Shown here: in pieces, positions 62,214 to 64,000 of the stretch
How positions within the stretch are numbered: position 1 is the stretch's first letter
Layout: each line of letters opens with the position of its first letter
NCBI GenBank assembly: GCA_030017955.1
Contig: JASEGR010000002.1
Coordinates: 10,485 to 74,484, forward strand
Direction: 5' to 3'
Origin: Candidatus Eiseniibacteriota bacterium
Lineage (GTDB): Bacteria > Eisenbacteria > RBG-16-71-46 > JASEGR01
DNA length: 64,000 bases
Made by a program: the position numbers and the translations under genes
Notes under the pieces: generated by a model
The model's database searches: none
What the model was told of the DNA's origin: nothing
What the model saw: the letters and a program-made list of their open reading frames with translations, nothing else

Positions 62214-62393
62214 ATGGCCAGCAACGAGAAAGAAAAGAAAGAGGAAATCGCAGATGATATTTTTGAGACCGTGGATAAAATCATTCCCGGCTTCGGCTCC
62301 TTCTTCAAGAAGGGAGAGAAAAGCGAGAAGTTCGGTGACCGCATGAGAAAAATCCGTGAGGAGATCAACAAGCGTTTTGGGGGGATGAGATAA
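62214..62393 (+). CDS. Small charged hypothetical protein (59 aa)
   Basis: ATG 62214 follows AAAGGAG. PGFGSFFKKG loosely echoes GGFLGGLFKGLG in the N-terminus of the Hsp20 ORF. Confidence 0.4.
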   Translation: MASNEKEKKEEIADDIFETVDKIIPGFGSFFKKGEKSEKFGDRMRKIREEINKRFGGMR

Positions 62394-62444
62394 TTGTAAG
62401 GATGCCTGAGTGGTGGGCCTCAAGGAGTCAAGCGGTTCCTAACC

Positions 62445-62768
62445 ATGAAGATCGAAGTCGATGATAAGGATCTAAAACATGGCCTGTTGGGATTGGTTTT
62501 GGCCATCATTGAGGTAATCCGAGATACCTTGAGGATTCAATCCCTCAAGAGAATGGAAGGCGGCCATCTGACCGAGGAACAAATTGACCGGTTGGGGGTC
62601 GCCCTGCTGGAGTTGGACAAGGCGATAGAGAAAATCAAAGAGGAACAGGGAATTTCGGAAGCGGTGCGGTCTGTGCGCGATGGGCTTGACGATTTGGTGG
62701 ATGGGATGGTCCAGAAATTGGCTGATCCCAGCCCAGTTACTGACAAGGAAGTGACGCTGGTGGGTTAG
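62445..62768 (+). CDS. gvpK: Gas vesicle protein GvpK
   Basis: LKHGLLGLVLAIIEVIRDTLRIQSLKRMEGGHLTEEQIDRLG. Confidence 0.85.
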   Translation: MKIEVDDKDLKHGLLGLVLAIIEVIRDTLRIQSLKRMEGGHLTEEQIDRLGVALLELDKAIEKIKEEQGISEAVRSVRDGLDDLVDGMVQKLADPSPVTDKEVTLVG

Positions 62769-62782
62769 AAGGAGTTTGGTCT

Positions 62783-63556
62783 ATGACTGCCGACGGGATT
62801 TATGTCTACTGCGTTACGAAGGGAGATCGGGAAGAATCATTGGATGTGCGGGGTATCGAAGGAGCACGAGTGCGGGTCATGACTCACCAGGGATTGGCAG
62901 CGATCGGGCAAGACTGTGAGCCCAAGCTGTTTGCCTCTCAAGGCCAGAGTGTTTTGACGGATTGGCTCCTGATCCATCAAAGTATCGTGGATCTTTCATG
63001 GGAGCGATACGAAACTATCGTTCCGTTTGCGTTTGGCATGATCGTTGTGCCCACGAACGGGAAACCCGCCCGGCAAAACCTCGATGAGTGGCTGGAAAAG
63101 CAATCGGCGGAACTCAACCGCAAATTGGAAAATCTCAAAAACAAGGCGGAATATGGCGTCCAGGTTTTGTGGGATCTAGCCACGATTGTTTCGCGTATTA
63201 GGGAACAAGATAACGAGATCCTGAATCTGGAGAAGGAGATCTGCTCCAAACCGACAGGGGTCGCTTATCTGCTGCAACAAAAACTGGAGGAACTGATCCG
63301 ACAGCGTTTGGAGACGGCTGCCAATACGCATTTCAAGGCCTTCTATCAACAAATCCGTGAATCTGTTGAGGACATCCGCGTGGAAAGGATAAGGAAAGAA
63401 GAGCTCCCAAGACAAATGATCCTGAACGTCTCTTGCCTGCAAAACAGGGATGAAACGGCAACCCTGGGGGCAGTGTTGGAAAGAATCGGCCAGATTCCTG
63501 GTTTCGATGTCCAATTCACCGGTCCCTGGCCGCCGTACTCCTTCGTCAGTGTTTGA
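62783..63556 (+). CDS. Gas vesicle protein GvpF/L family (fourth copy)
   Basis: GIYVYCVTKGD...IVPFAFG...TGPWPPYSF. Confidence 0.8.
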   Translation: MTADGIYVYCVTKGDREESLDVRGIEGARVRVMTHQGLAAIGQDCEPKLFASQGQSVLTDWLLIHQSIVDLSWERYETIVPFAFGMIVVPTNGKPARQNLDEWLEKQSAELNRKLENLKNKAEYGVQVLWDLATIVSRIREQDNEILNLEKEICSKPTGVAYLLQQKLEELIRQRLETAANTHFKAFYQQIRESVEDIRVERIRKEELPRQMILNVSCLQNRDETATLGAVLERIGQIPGFDVQFTGPWPPYSFVSV

Positions 63557-63577
63557 CTGTTAATAGTTACCACTCTT

Positions 63578-63832
63578 ATGGAACCAACTCGACAGGGCAG
63601 AGCAACTCTCGCGGACCTATTGGATCGGGTTCTAGATAAAGGTCTGGTTCTCAACGCAGACGTAATTATTACGCTAGCTGGTGTTCCTCTAATTGCCGTG
63701 AGCCTCTCTGCAGCAATCGCCGGTGTGGAGACCATGCTTGAGTATGGTCTCATGAAAGATTCTATTCTATCCCAGACTCTTCAAGAAAAGAGATTTGCGG
63801 ACCCCGTGCCAGAACAAGTTGAACTAGGGTAG
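63578..63832 (+). CDS. GvpA-family minor protein (GvpJ/M-like)
   Basis: LADLLDRVLDKGLVLNADVIITLAGVPLIAVSLSAAIAGVETMLEYG. Confidence 0.85.
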   Translation: MEPTRQGRATLADLLDRVLDKGLVLNADVIITLAGVPLIAVSLSAAIAGVETMLEYGLMKDSILSQTLQEKRFADPVPEQVELG

Positions 63833-63922
63833 ACGCTGCCGGTGAAGAGAGGCGGAATGAAGTCCAAGAAACCACTCAGTTATCAAGAACAAAGACAAGC
63901 TAACTAGAGAAAAGACGATTCC

Positions 63923-64000
63923 ATGAAAACCCTTAAGAAGGTTCTGAGCATCATTGCCCTCATCTCAGTTTCGATCTTTACACTCCACGCGCTCTCTCTG
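63923..64000 (+). CDS. Start of an ORF with a signal-peptide-like N-terminus (truncated by the window edge)
   Basis: My translation is MKTLKKVLSIIALISVSIFTLHALSL... Only 26 codons are visible. Confidence 0.3.
   Translation, partial: MKTLKKVLSIIALISVSIFTLHALSL

Noticed and set aside
1-64000. CRISPR arrays, rRNA or tRNA genes, and long direct repeats.
   Set aside because: I saw no regularly spaced repeats or tRNA-like cloverleaf ends on either strand. The only repeats are the short palindromes and half-sites listed above.

Overview
The window has six modules and looks like an anaerobic bacterial chromosome; a Desulfobacterota or syntroph-like lifestyle is inference only. No rRNA, tRNA, CRISPR array, transposase or integrase was recognised. 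(1) 1-14.8 kb, minus strand: one long redox operon. It encodes a QmoC-like membrane Fe-S protein, NuoE/NuoF/NuoG-N-like modules fused to HdrA pieces, a five-gene sensory insert (DRTGG, CBS-GHKL, PHP, GHKL), MvhD/G/A [NiFe] hydrogenase, a maturation protease, a short HypA and the start of HypF. (2) 15.7-25.3 kb: a defence island with an AbiEi-like regulator, a decayed fic stub, and type I R-M genes hsdM, hsdS and hsdR with an AlbA_2-type gene inserted between hsdS and hsdR. (3) 25.6-37.3 kb: a secreted beta-propeller protein, then a duplicated xanthine-dehydrogenase-family molybdenum hydroxylase locus. It has two large, two FAD and two 2Fe-2S subunits plus MocA/YgfJ, XdhC and a YqeB/EF2563-type selenium-dependent maturation marker. 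(4) 37.3-41.2 kb, minus strand: an uncharacterised six-gene cluster. It contains two tandem paralogous ~70-aa proteins followed by a perfect 32-nt palindrome, and a MinD/ParA-like protein lacking both Walker A lysines. (5) 41.4-52.6 kb: a signalling region. It holds a 1716-aa Ser/Thr-kinase-STAND-TPR-GAF-sigma54-activator fusion, degenerate decoy-like EBP and receiver genes, and a sigma54-driven REC / histidine kinase (frameshifted) / NtrC operon. (6) 52.9-63.8 kb: a sigma54-promoted gas-vesicle cluster. It carries gvpA, gvpN, four gvpF/L, gvpG, gvpO, gvpK and two further gvpA-family genes. It also carries its own chaperone set: Hsp20, a CDC48-type double AAA+ protein, a stand-alone DnaJ-type zinc-finger protein and a GvpF/L-J-domain fusion. 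All functional calls come from motifs read in the ORF translations and from memory of protein families. No database search was run.
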